DNA from: Octopus sinensis
Lineage: Eukaryota
Direction: 5' to 3'
Assembly: GCF_006345805.1 (NCBI RefSeq)
Contig: NC_043004.1
Coordinates: forward strand, 86,304,001 to 86,368,000
DNA: 64,000 nucleotides
Shown: positions 1-12,104 of the stretch, in pieces
Layout of the letters: each line of letters opens with the position of its first letter
Numbering within the stretch: the first letter of the stretch is position 1
The notes under the pieces: generated by a model
Told to the model about the DNA's origin: nothing
Seen by the model: the letters and a program-made list of their open reading frames with translations, nothing else
Databases searched by the model: none
Position numbers and translations under genes: made by a program

Positions 1-541
1 TGTGTCTGTGTCTGTGTCTGTGTTTGTCCCCCAACATCGCTTGACAACCGATGCTGGTGTGTATATTCCTCCCTGGACGGAACACCGGTATGTCGCACGA
101 TGATGACTCGTTTTTACCACCAAAGTGGAATGAAGTGCATTGAACAACATCGAACACACACGGCATGTGTGTTCGATTTTGTGTATATACTTCCAGCTAC
201 CTCTAATTCATATTTGAATTTTTCTGTGGCAGGAAGCGTCGGGGCATGCCAGCAGATGGTGTTTAAACGATTTAGCATATAGTCATAGTCGGCGATATGG
301 CTTGCAGCGGGCCTTGTTTGATATGTGGCATTGATAGGTCAAAAACGATGACGAATCATCGATGTCTGTTGCTCCAAGAAGGGACCTATGTGAGTTGTCT
401 CGCTTGACTGCGGCTTACTTTCAGATGTTTTTTTTTTTACACCAGGCACATAGAGAATATATTCTCTTGCGCCTAAAAATCGCAGCCAACCCACGAACTA
501 ACAACACACATACCTCGTGCATGATATATATATATATATAT

Positions 542-838
542 AATTTAGGATATCTAAGAGATACCACCACGCTGGAAATAGCAGCCACAACTTGACTCTA
601 AAACCACAATAAAAGTTCATACAGCACCAGGAGAGAAGGCAAAACGACAAAATAAACTAGCAAAAAAATTACTGGATAATTCCAGATCCCGGATTTCTGA
701 CTTTGCATAAGAAATGCTTTGCGTGGTGGTATCTTTTAGATACCCTAAATTATAATTTTAATAATTATCATTGAAGGTTTTTTATTTCCATGCTGGCCAC
801 TTGATAAGTTCGATATTTAAATAACGATCTTATCCTTA
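542..838. mobile_element. Penelope-like short element with inverted 5' segment
   Basis: About 30-bp inverted arms (542-570 vs 721-751) between (TA)n tracts; 3' part resembles 5200-5316 (catgctggccact...gataag...ttatcctta). Confidence 0.45.
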
Positions 839-846
839 TATATATA

Positions 847-1239
847 CTAGCAGTATCGCCCGGCGTTGCTCGGGTTGTAAGGGAAATAACTATATAAGCA
901 TTTTTAGAGAGTTATAGCCAAAAAATAGCAAAAAAATGCATTAAAAATTGAAAAAAAATTAAGGTAAATTTTTTTTAAATCGTTGACACATCGTAGATAT
1001 TTTTAGAGAGTTACTTCCCTTATATAAAAGCGAAAAAATGCATTAAAATGGAAAAATATGATGGTAAATTTTTTTTAAATCGTAGACTCATCGTAGACGC
1101 GCGCTAATACCCAGAAGGGCTCGATATGAATCACGACTATAAGATACCCGCTTTTGGTTAAACTGCACCGCAAAATGTGGGAGTAATTACGAATGTAAAT
1201 CGAAGGGGACAGACACACAACTTCACTCTTATATAAAGA
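847..1239 (-). mobile_element. Non-autonomous Helitron-like element
   Basis: On - strand: A|TC 5' end, subterminal GC hairpin cccgagcaacgccggg, CTAG|T 3' end; internal ~100-bp tandem duplication. Confidence 0.75.
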
Positions 1240-1240
1240 T

Positions 1241-1565
1241 GCTTTTTTTTTTCAGTCATAGAGTTAGATTTATGAAGGTCTTCAGTAGAAAATCCTTCGA
1301 ATTCTGACTCGCTGCTTGATATAATGAAATTCGTATCCATTTTTTGTCAGAATTACAAATTTTGAAAACACAATAGGAACAAATTTCGGAAAAAAATCTC
1401 CCATAATTCACGGAATTAAAATTACACTTCGATTTTTGTACAAAACTGTATTTGAAGTGTTTACGAAGTATAATACGTGTTTTCACGAATGTACTAAAGA
1501 GATTTACTCTGATATTCTCATTTAAATATGAATAGGTAAATTCGGGCGGTTTGGTAACGAAAGGG
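1241..1565 (-). mobile_element. piggyBac-like transposon 5' fragment
   Basis: On - strand begins taaa-CCCTTT (near-TTAA + CCC terminus) and leads into an acidic N-terminus MDTNFIISSSESEFEGFSTEDL. Confidence 0.4.
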
Positions 1566-2011
1566 TTTATATAAGTGTCGTCTGTTATACATAAACACTG
1601 TTTCATAGTTTCAGTTTAGTCTTCCTCAAATCACTGTCGCTAATTTACTCTCTTCCAAGAACATTTTCACTCACTGTTATCTGTTAGCTTCCCATACATT
1701 TTACTCATGTATCTATCAGCATGATAGACAGAAACAAATATTACATTTACTTTCATTTTATTCGTTGCCCACTGTGTGTGTGCGTTGCGTGTGGTGTAAA
1801 CCAGACTAAGAAAAGCATTTGACACACACACCAGAATGTGAGTTTTCTGTAAATTTTGCTTAATTGGAGTTTAAATTTTAAAAACTGGACCTGGCATGAC
1901 GCGATGCATTGTACTCTTAAAACTGCTAGGTAAATTGTAATTGAAGAAATCCTATATTGTAGATTTGTATAACTCCCAAAGGGAGGCAGATAAAATCTGC
2001 CTTTTATAATA

Positions 2012-2083
<72 letters not shown>

Positions 2084-2632
2084 TTGTTCAGACACTTACC
2101 ATGCAAATAATATCTCACATCATTCATGCCACTACGCATTTATTTCCACTATCACATGCACATGCACATTCTCACGTAATTCACACTTCACCATACTTCC
2201 CCGCTCTTATTAGGCTCTTTATCACTCTTCTCTGCTTTAAAACACTAATTCTGTTCTATTCCCCTTTCCATCTTCCATTCAAATATCCTTCAACTGTGAT
2301 ATAAACCAGTTTCGGGTTGTTGTTTATTCCTTCTATTTTCCCCCCTTCCTTCTCAGTTCATAAAGGACCACTGTCCGAAACATCGTTTTCCCTTTATTTC
2401 CTTCATTGTGTAAATACATTGACTTTATACTTTTGTTCGATCTTTTTGTGGCTCTATATGTACTTCATTATTTGTTTTTGTTTTGTTTTGTTTTTTTGTT
2501 GTGGGGGTGGGGTTCTTGTTTTCACTTGAGTGTTGCCAGGATATGTAATAACTGTGCTAATGCAGAATTAACTCAGACTTATCGAACTATCGATACTTGT
2601 TTATTATATCACTCCAATTTCTGTTTCGATAG

Positions 2633-2709
2633 GTTCCGTACTTCAGCATTATCTTCCTTGGCCTTATGAAGCCGGCAATGAAACTGTCATCTTACAAATG
2701 TTTTCAGAG
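2633..2709 (+). CDS. Carboxylesterase type B / neuroligin-family gene, internal coding exon (first seen in window)
   Basis: Acceptor ttctgtttcgatag|, donor |gtaagt; encodes (x)SVLQHYLPWPYEAGNETVILQMFSE and joins in phase 0 to the next exon; resembles the Y-x-x-W helix preceding GD in cholinesterase-fold proteins. Confidence 0.8.
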
Positions 2710-4127
2710 GTAAGTTTCAGCAAATAGTCAGCGGTTGTTGTTGTCGTCATTGGTAGTGGTGGTGGTGGTGGTGGTGGTGGTATTTAACCCCAGGTCAACT
2801 CTGATCGAAAAACCTCATGAACAAAGAAATCCCCTGCCCTTGCAGAAGTATACTTGTCATCAACTAGCCCGCTATACCCTTCAATGCCTCATGAGTGAGT
2901 TTATTAGACGGAAACACTGCGGGAGCCCATCATATAAATATATACACGTGTATGTGTGCGTATGCACGTGCACCCGCGAGTCAATATGTTTATGTTTGCC
3001 CCTCATACCATACACACACCGCTCGACAATCGATATTGGTTTGTTTACATCCCCGTAACTTAGCAGATCAGCAAAAGAGGCCAATTTTATAAGTACCAGA
3101 TTTTTAAAAAATACTAGGGTTGATTTGTTCGGCTAAAACCCTTCAAGGTAGTGCTCCAGCATGGCCGCCATCCAATGACTGAAACAAGAAAAAGATGAAT
3201 GATAAAAGGGAACCAAAATATGGTGGGTCCTTTCTTATATATTTTTATTCTTTGTCTGATTTTAATCATTGGACTGCGGCCATACTGGGGCCCTATCTTT
3301 AGCAATTTTAGTCAATTATATCAATCGCAGTACTCTGTTGGGTATTTATTCTATCTACCTCGTAAGGTTACTCTGAAAAGTCAACGAGGTATATTTTTTC
3401 GACGCGCCGATTGACCTATCCCATACCATGAACTCATTAGGCATTTTCGTTTAAGTTCCTGGAAGTTTAAGATAAGAGACAATCGTTTAATACTCACTCC
3501 ATAACATCACTTTATACTCTTCCAAAGGATATCATCATTACCATAAATCACAACCATCATCCGATCAAGCGACTTTGCCGGACCAATTGCAGCACCCCCG
3601 TGTCAAACGTCTCGATTGAGCGATGTGGCATGAAAGTAAGGCTTGAGATTCAGTGACGTTGGTCTTTCGCTAGCCGAAATATTTCGTCTGCGCATACCAC
3701 ATCTACAGATGTTAACAGTAGTAGTTTGCTAACTGAGCTGGTTGATTCTGGTCGTTGTCAGTTTGTTGTCTGTTCAACTGTTTAGCATCAAGTGGATATT
3801 CATCATTTATTCGATAAGTTAATTTGCCGAAATAGTACACTCCCACCATGCAGCATCCTATGATTTCAACGTACCCTAACTCGTGTGCATAGCACGGGCC
3901 CTGAAAAGTGCTACTACTCTGGGTCAAAGAAGACCTGGGATCTCGCAAAGCAGGATCCAACAACTGGATCCCGTTTAAAGTCATTCCAAAAGGAGACAAC
4001 TGAGGTAAATGGGGCAATTTATCTATTAAGAATAATCCCTAACTAATGAACGCATGTGTTTTCTTTTTCCTTTCTAATTAATGAAAATGATTAATTATTA
4101 ATAATATCGTCTATTTTTCTCTTCAAG

Positions 4128-4248
4128 TTGATGGGAGATTATTATATAACTGCTCCAACGCAAGTAAATGCTGATACACTCCAAGCCAGAAACATCACAG
4201 TTTACTTTTACCATTTCTCGTATATATCGGAACTCAGCCATTTCACTT
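4128..4248 (+). CDS. Carboxylesterase/neuroligin-family gene, internal exon
   Basis: Acceptor tttttctcttcaag|, donor |gtaagt; LMGDYYITAPTQVNADTLQARNITVYFYHFSYISELSHFT contains the GDxxxxxP and YxYxF family motifs; ends in phase 1. Confidence 0.9.
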
Positions 4249-4946
4249 GTAAGTAAAAGATGAAAGTATTTTCCTAAATTTTCCCGTATATTTTTCCCTC
4301 TAGGAGCAAAGCTAGACATAATAAGATGCAACCATAAGTCGTTGCATAGAAAAGTTGTGTGTTTCGCAACCACGGACTTCTAGATTCGATCCCACAATGC
4401 AGTAACTTGGACAGGAGTTTTATACCAAGATCTTATCGGTGGAAGTCAGTGAACGAAAACACTACTGAACTCCCTGTCGTATATACAACAACATTTTGTT
4501 GCTGTAATTCAAATTATTTGTTAGAAATGCTTGAAAATGTCCAAAAGCTGAAAGCAAAATTATTTTCAGGAACATTGTTACTCGCTCCAGTCAAAAGATT
4601 TCATTTTCTTTCTTTGATTTTCGTTGCTAATAATATTTATTATTCAACAGGCTTCGTCTGTTTCCTTTTGTTTTCTTTTGTTTTGCTTTTTAATAAGTTT
4701 TTTCCCCATTTAGTACTTAAAAGTATAAGACAAATTAAGTGATTTCTTTCATTGCTTTATGTTGCGTGGAAAGAGAAATTAAGAATCCATTACCTTGAAA
4801 CTACATATATATATTATTTACAGGATTGTAAGCTCGGCGCCGTATTTAAAAAAAAACATTCGCACTGAAAGCATATAGAAAGTTTGTTAACATAAAAACA
4901 AACACGAACTATTATAGTTCTTAAATTTGAAAGAAACGGGAGGCTG

Positions 4947-5016
4947 ATTCGCTGGTGTAAAAGTAACACACTTAGTCACGTTAACAAAGAAATGTGGGTT
5001 CGACTCCCACGCGGAT
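4947..5016 (+). pseudogene. tRNA-like sequence (decayed tRNA or SINE head)
   Basis: Acceptor attcgc/gcggat, D stem gtgt/acac, T arm gtggg-ttcgact-cccac; anticodon arm poorly paired. Confidence 0.55.
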
Positions 5017-5320
5017 AAGAAGCCTTCTTTTTTCTATCGAGGGGCTCATATGCCCTTTTATTAGACTATTTTCCTTAGTCGTTGCACGTTGATCGCCATA
5101 AGCTGAAGCTTATATAAAAACACAGGATTGTAGACTCGGCGCCGTGTAAAAGACCATTCGCACCGAAAGTGGTTTTTAGAGTCATTTAGGTGCTGTTTCT
5201 CAGTACCCTTAATTATAATTATATCTATAGAATTATATATCTATATTAATTTTTACCTAAATGGTTTTTTATTACATGCTGGCCACTGATAAGATCATTA
5301 ATTGATTTTATCCTTAATTA

Positions 5321-7627
5321 CACTGGTCAACAAATTTAAATATATTATACTCAGGAATGCAAACCAACTTTTTTAGGCTAATTTCAAAACTTTACTCCAG
5401 TTGTATGTAGCAAGTATAAGTTTTTCTGTAGATACAAGCAAATATTTATATATTTGTATATATGATATCATTAACGTAATAAATAAGGACATATTATTTT
5501 TAGAAAGTAAATGAGTTTTTTTAGTTAAAAATCATGACTAGTAAAGAGTGAATACACAAAAAATGGGTCAGACGAAACAAAGTTAGAACAACAGAGTTAG
5601 AAACATTGTGATTTGGATTTCCTGCGATGTTTCTGATCTGGTTGATCACGGTAAAGTGTCCAGCAGTTGTCATTCCAGAAGCCTTGGTACAGTTTCTCCA
5701 TAGCACTAATGTCCTGGTGAAATCTTTCACTATGTTCATCAGACACTGCTCCAAGGTTATCTGTGAAGAAATCCAGATGGGCGTCCAAGAAGTGAACTTT
5801 CAATGACATGCGACAACCCATTGCTGAGTAACATTTCAGAAGATTCTTGATGCCACCCTTGTAGTTCATTGCCTTTTTGTTGCCCAAGAAATTCTCACAG
5901 ATCCAGCTGAAATCATTCTAGGCAGGCAGTTCCAGTTCATCCAGTGTTGTCTTGAAGTTAACATCTTTGAGTATTTCTCTAATTTGGGGTCCGACAAAGA
6001 TACCTTTTTTCAACTTCGCCTGTGCTGATTTTGGGAAACTTTTCTACAATATACGCAAAACCTTTGGTATTTCTCTTCCCTTGTGTCTGTACAAACTGTT
6101 TCATCAGTTCAAGCTTTATGTGAAAATGAGGCAATAGGACATTACATGGATCTTCAAGAGGTGTATTCTTGATGCTACTTAGTCCTGGCTGGTATGATAT
6201 TCTTGTCTGCCAGTTTGATTCCGAATAACGTCTGTCAGTTGCCCGACTATCCCGTAGACACAAGAAACAACAGTATTTTGGGAAACCTGACTGCATTCCC
6301 ATTAACATTCCAATGACTTTTAAATCTCCACATATTTTCCATGAGTATCTTTCATAGGCAATGACATGAACTAAAATTCCATATTCTCATATGATTCATG
6401 AAGAAGAACGGAGTGTGCAATAGGAATGGAGGGCTTCAAATTACCATTATGGAGAAGTACAGCTTTTAAATTTCGTTTTGAAGAGTCAATAAACAAACGC
6501 CACACTCCAAAATCATGATTTTGTGAAAAACATTCGAAAAGTTCATCGATGTTACTGCAAAAGCAAAGCGGGCCTTCAACTGAAAAACTCGTTTGTAGAA
6601 CCACAATTCTCTGCCGAAAATAAGTTATAGCAGATACTTCTCCTTCAGACTTGATGCCAACAGTTCTGCTTTATTTTTTGAGAGGGATAGGTCTCTGACA
6701 AGGTCATTCAGTTCAGCTTGGAAAAATTTCTGAGGTTCAAAGTCATCGTCATCAGCCACGTAATCTTCTTCTGCAGCACTAACGTGAGTCAGCATCATCA
6801 TCTGATGTTTCAATACCACCATCTGGTAGAACTGGAATTGGCAGACTTCCATTGTGAGACACAGGTTTCATTGCAGAATCCAAATTAGTATATACAGTTT
6901 TGTGATTAATCTTCATAGAAAATCCTCTGACATTTATTTTGCAAAAATAGCAGTCATTAAAATGATCTTTTGGTTCCCTCCGGATCACTGGAATGGTTTT
7001 CAAAAGGCATGGACTTCTTCTTATGGAACCAGTCACGTAAACCATTTGAGCAACCTGAGAGCAGATAAAATGTGGTGCCCATAACTTGTCCTGATCTCCA
7101 AGAGGACAGTCAAAGTATAGCTTATAAATCTTGATTTCTGGTGTTATTGTACGTTTTTTGAGCTTTCACAATAAATTGTCCCCAGACATAACAAAACACG
7201 TCAGGACGATTTCTACACTGTCTTGACATTGTTAACACTGTAAAACAAGTAAGGAAATAGATACAAATGGTTATACTTATATTGAATTTGAGATAATGAA
7301 ATATTTCTGCAGACCAATAATGACTGAACAATTTGTTGAAATACTTGATTGGTTAATTTAAGATGATGAAATATTGCATCTCAACTATGCAGTAATGTAT
7401 AATGTAGTATATTTTAAAGGCATGTTCCCATGATGTAAATGAAATACATGCATATATGTCATTAATCGGAATTTCTATAAAATGCATGGGCTAAAACCAA
7501 AATAACCTTCTCAATCTAGAAAACTGTACGTGATGTCAAAAAACTGATTATATATTTGAAATCAGCATTAAAACTACACTAAGTACATCTTGACATATAC
7601 TTGATGAAAAATACTAGTTTATCAGTG
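5321..7627 (-). mobile_element. Chapaev3-type (CMC superfamily) DNA transposon, decayed
   Basis: CACTG...CAGTG termini with tta/cta flanks (TWA-like target); transposase motifs span the interior. Confidence 0.8.
5597..7229 (-). pseudogene. Frameshifted Chapaev3-type transposase
   Basis: Fragments in several frames: MSRQCRNRPDVFCYV, REPKDHFNDCYFC, LNDLVRDLSLSK, WRLFIDSSKRNLKAVLLHNGN, KYCCFLC, HIKLELMKQFV, MSLKVHFLDAHLDFF, SDEHSERFHQDI. Confidence 0.88.
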
Positions 7628-7630
7628 CTA

Positions 7631-7667
7631 TATAGATAGATTGATAGATAGATAGATAGATAGATAG

Positions 7668-7729
<62 letters not shown>

Positions 7730-7730
7730 G

Positions 7731-7762
<32 letters not shown>
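7631..7762. repeat. (GATA)n microsatellite
   Basis: Direct reading. Confidence 0.95.
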
Positions 7763-7764
<2 letters not shown>

Positions 7765-8005
7765 TGAAGTTAAGTCTATGTCCGGTCATAGAGAGACCAA
7801 TGGTTTTGCATACACAATGGGCTTAGCCCCATGGACGGATCGTCAGAGTACATCTATTATATAGATAGACACACAGACAGTTTAATAGATCACATATACA
7901 TATACATATATATACGTGTGTGCATACTATATGCACATACATGTATATATATGCATATATATAAATGTACGCTTATATATACATATATATGCATATTAGT
8001 ATATA

Positions 8006-8039
<34 letters not shown>

Positions 8040-8149
8040 TTCGGAATGGTCATATTGCCAGTTTAGCCAATAAAAACACACGCACTATATATTTGGTGTT
8101 ATTTTGCTTCAGTGATATTTATTTTTTACATTAATCTTAATCTTATTAC

Positions 8150-8194
8150 GGCCAAAGTTCTTTCGTCACACTCCTGTGACCGCATCAGTGGTCC
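8150..8194 (-). ncRNA. Hammerhead-like motif (A9C variant) in Penelope-like element at ~8041-8330
   Basis: On - strand: ggacca-CTGATGC-g-gtcac/aggagt/gtgac-GAAA-gaac-TT-tggcc. Confidence 0.55.
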
Positions 8195-8551
8195 TTTGTT
8201 TTCTTCTCACTTACTTGTGTCTCTCCTTACTAACCGTCAGCCATTTTGTATTTCTATTGTATGTCTTCATTTGCGCATGCTTATATCTCTATGTGCGTCT
8301 ATGTTTATTTAGTGTGTGTGTGGGGGGATGCCTGTAATGCCTGTAATATTTGTATCTTCTGGTTATATACATTCTTGTAATTTGTATTTTGTTTTTGTTG
8401 TTGTGCTTTTGTTTTGTTCTAAATTTGTTCATGTGTTTACATCACCCATTATTATTATCATTACATATGCTTGTATGTATGTATAACAACAATATTAGTA
8501 ATAATAATAATAAATCTAATCGGAAAAAAAAAAAAAGAATATACATATGTA

Positions 8552-8712
8552 GAGGCGCAATGGCCTAGTGGTTAGGCAGCGGACTCGCGGTCGCAGGATC
8601 GCGGTTTCGATTCTCAGACCGGGCGTTGTGTGTGTTTATTGAGCGAAAACACCTAAAAGCTCTACGAGGCTCCGGCAGGGGGTGGTGATCCCTGCTGTAC
8701 TCTTTCACCACA
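8552..8712 (+). mobile_element. tRNA(Arg)-derived SINE
   Basis: A box tggcctagtggttagg, B box gtttcgattc; related copies at 40270-40556(-) and 50975-51290(+). Confidence 0.8.
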
Positions 8713-8834
8713 ATGGCGGTGCCCCAGCATGGCCACAGCTCAAGAGCTGAAACTGGAAAAACAAAAACAAAAAAAAATACATATATATATACATACATAT
8801 ACATATACATATACATATATATTATATATACATA

Positions 8835-8901
<67 letters not shown>

Positions 8902-8908
8902 TAATAAG

Positions 8909-9002
<94 letters not shown>

Positions 9003-9003
<1 letters not shown>

Positions 9004-9330
9004 AGGCACATGGCTCAGTGGTTAGAGCGTCGAGCTTACGATCGTGAGGTTGTGAGCTCGAATCCCGTACCGGCTGCGGTTGTGTTCTCGCGCAAGGCAC
9101 TTTATTCACGTTGCTCCAGTTCACTCAGCTGTAGAAATGAGTTGCTGTCTGACGTCACTGGTGCCAAGCTGTATCGTCCTTTGTCTTTCTTGATAACACT
9201 GGTGGCGTGGAGAGGGAGACTGGTATGCATTGGCGACTCTGGCCTTCCATAACACCTTGCCCGGACTTGTCTCTAGGAGGGTAAATTCTAGTGCAATCCC
9301 TGGTCATTCATTACCGAAGGGGGTCTTTAG
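9003..9330 (+). mobile_element. tRNA-derived SINE (CORE-like central domain)
   Basis: A box tggctcagtggttagagc, B box gctcgaatcc; related - strand copies at ~26000-26232 and ~30070-30330. Confidence 0.75.
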
Positions 9331-9359
9331 CCCCTTTATATATATATATATATATATTT

Positions 9360-9824
9360 CAACAATTGAGGGTAAAATTATTAATTAATAATTTCACCAA
9401 GTGTTCAGTATGCAGGGACCATTTAAGGCGAATTCAAATATTACATTATATAAAGGGCTTAGTAAAATAAATTACTTTGCCGCATACTGAACTCATTAGA
9501 AATAGCAGATCTTCGGAAGCGAGAGGAGGCCGAAAGGGTATGCTCCTACTTTCAGTGTTTCAAATCTAAACCAGGGAGTTCTGAGCTGATGATAGAAGTG
9601 TCGTGTTGACTAATCTTGAAACGTACGTTCTCAAATAACCTTTGCACTGATTTTGTTAATGTCTCTACCCCCATATTTGCGTGAGTTGAATTGAGCAAAC
9701 ACATATAGAGAGGGTTTTCTTTAAGTATTAGAAATAGTTTTAAAAAAGTTTTTTAGCTGCTATTTCTAATGAGTCAGTATGCGGCAAAGTAATTTATTTT
9801 ACTAAGCCCTTTTATATAATGTAA

Positions 9825-9826
<2 letters not shown>
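9360..9826. mobile_element. Penelope-like short element with ~70-bp inverted arms
   Basis: 9439-9508 is the reverse complement of 9757-9826; flanked by (TA)n; encloses a hammerhead. Confidence 0.7.
9582..9633 (+). ncRNA. Minimal type I hammerhead ribozyme
   Basis: tgag-CTGATGA-[imperfect stem II]-GAAA-cgtacg-TT-ctca; palindromic stem III acgtacgt. Confidence 0.7.
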
Positions 9827-9855
<29 letters not shown>

Positions 9856-10132
9856 TACGGAGATCTACTTGCATAGCGAGTGACTGGATCTGAGATCGTG
9901 TGCTGGAACGAAAACAATTGCAGCGTGGAAGGTGTTTATAAGCCATCTAAGAAACATACAAAAACCGTTAGATTCACTTCAACGAGATGCAGCACTAAGT
10001 TTTGTCAGTGAACAGGTCGCGGTCTCAAAGCGACGAAAATATTTTGACAAATTAGATTTAAATGTTGAAGCGAATCTAACGGTTTTTGTGTGTTTCTTAG
10101 ATGGCTTATAAACACCTTCCACGCTGCAATTG
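9856..10132. mobile_element. Penelope-like short element with ~68-bp inverted arms
   Basis: 9915-9983 vs 10064-10132 inverted; same family at ~40030-40263 and ~61803-61947. Confidence 0.72.
10001..10051 (+). ncRNA. Hammerhead ribozyme, G3-C8 core variant
   Basis: tttgtca-GTGAACA-g-gtcgc/ggtctcaaa/gcgac-GAAA-atat-TT-tgacaaa; perfect stems I and II, palindromic stem III aatatt. Confidence 0.75.
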
Positions 10133-10386
10133 TATGTGTGTGTGTGTGTGTGTGTACAGAAACCGAGAGATATGTATATTTATATATATGAGTATATTAA
10201 TATACATACGTAGTTATACACGTATCGGATATGAATATTTTTATTTGTATGTGTGTGTATGCATATGTATATATATCTGCGTATATATATATATATATAT
10301 TATATATATATATATATATAATATATATATATATATATACGTACATACATATATTATGTATACATATAAGATATAAACATGTATGC

Positions 10387-10426
<40 letters not shown>

Positions 10427-10576
10427 TGTGTGTGTGTGTGTATGCATGTATGTATGTATGCATGTATGTATGTATTTATGTATGTATGCATGTATGTATA
10501 AACAACACTAACCTAATTACAACAATGTTTAACATGAGACATACCTTATTATTCTTGTTCTTCTCTATTATTACAG

Positions 10577-10712
10577 CAATCCTTCACGGCTCCGAACTCT
10601 TCTACTTGATTGGCGCACCATTAGGAGGACACGCTAACTTCCGTTACGATAACAGGGACCGAATGATGTCCCGCTATTTGATACGTTTATGGGCAACATT
10701 CATCAAACAAGG
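10577..10712 (+). CDS. Carboxylesterase/neuroligin-family gene, exon with catalytic-His motif
   Basis: Acceptor ttattacag|, donor |gtaac; (S)ILHGSELFYLIGAPLGGHANFRYDNRDRMMSRYLIRLWATFIKQG matches HGxE/DLxYxxGxP and WxxFxxxG. Confidence 0.92.
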
Positions 10713-10944
10713 GTAACAAATACGCGTTCTTATTACAAAACCATGTACGTACGTGTGTATGTGTGTATATGTGTCAGTACATACTTATGTCTGTCTGTCT
10801 TCCTGTCTGTCTGTCTGTCTGTATGTATGTATGTAAGTACGTATGTATGTATGTATGTATGTATGTATCCATGCATGCATGTATGTATGTATGTATGTAT
10901 GTATGTATGTATGTATGTATGCATGTATGTATAAATATATAAGC

Positions 10945-11540
10945 ATATAAAAAATACAAAATGGGACAAGAATGCAAAATATCCCGACCGTTAAGTAATA
11001 CAAAAATGGGACAACAAAACATCCAGATAGACGATACAAAGAAAACAAGGACGGGTCATTCGAAGTTTTCTTTCCTCAGTCAAATACCAGATTATCTTGG
11101 CAATTTCGGCTGATTATACTTGAGATTGCTCAAATCTGGCCAGCCTTAAGGAAAAACTAAGCTAAGAGCATTAGATCCCTTGGAAGAAAGCAGCGAATGA
11201 ATACAAAAACAAAGACGAAAAAAACGGACAATGTTACACAAATACAATAAAAATAATAACAGGACATAACAACAGGTGTCTTTCGACTAAGGACGAATTA
11301 AATTAAGCTGGCGTGTGTGGAAATGAAGCCTTACGGCAGGGATAGAAGATTTCACAAACACAGGGAGGAATATCGATGTTGCACGGACAACGGCCAGACC
11401 AAAAGAAAGAGCAGGCTTGGCCGAACGCCGGTCACGTGGGAAGAGAAGAGAGAGAAGTTGAAGCAGAGGGACAGAAGAATTAAGGAGGGTCGAGAAAAAA
11501 TGACAGGGACACAGTGAAGTGAGCAAGAAAAGAAGACAAA
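10945..11540 (-). mobile_element. Interspersed repeat (probable Penelope-like 3' region)
   Basis: Shares aaaatacaaaatgggacaagaa...gggtcattcgaagttttc...ctggccagcc with 29705-29900. Confidence 0.55.
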
Positions 11541-11657
11541 TAGTATGTATGTATGTATGTATGTATGTATGTATGTATGTATGAATGTGCAGATTTGTTT
11601 GTTTTATGTATGCATTTTCATGCATATTGTTGCATATCTAGACATGCTCATATATAT

Positions 11658-12050
11658 TTAAATGATAAACTTCTGGAAAGTTTTACAGATCTTTACAGTT
11701 CCAGTGATGGATTGGATGTGCAGTCTTCGAATTAGCTTTTTCCTTTCTGGTTTTGAGAAGTCTAATTTCTCAAGATTGGTATTTAGGCAGTGTGTTACAT
11801 ATCCCAGCGCTCCAAAAATTACGAGCATGAACCTGAACTTGTAATCTGGATAGAGTAACTGCAGATTTTTCAATAGTTCAGCATAGGTGTTCTCTTTTTC
11901 ACTGATGTTCAGCTTTATGTTAACATCCGCTGGGCAGTTAATTTCCACAACTGTGCACAGTTTCTCTTCTCTATCCCAAATCATTATATCAGGTCTGTTG
12001 CGCTTACATTTTATTGAGGTGTCCACTGAGATATTCCACCCAATTTTTGT
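11658..12050 (-). pseudogene. R4/Dong-clade non-LTR retrotransposon, restriction-like endonuclease C-terminus
   Basis: NRPDIMIWD...VVEINCPAD...EKENTY...VIFGALG...QSITGTVKICKTF is the PD-(D/E)xK RLE signature. Confidence 0.8.
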
Positions 12051-12104
12051 CGGGGTGCTTTGTAATGTGAGCACCACAACTGAAAACAATTTTTTTTTTT
12101 TAAT

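Noticed and set aside
2355-2392. Hammerhead at ggac-cact-gtcc-gaaac
   Set aside because: CUGANGA core unrecognisable and no stem I
3893-4004. Open stretch ending ...KETTE|gtaaat as a possible esterase exon
   Set aside because: No good polypyrimidine acceptor and no family motif; exon 2633-2709 already joins 4128 in phase with a better fit
8552-8625. Functional tRNA-Arg (and similar heads at 9003, 50975)
   Set aside because: Broken stems and continuation into a repeated SINE body
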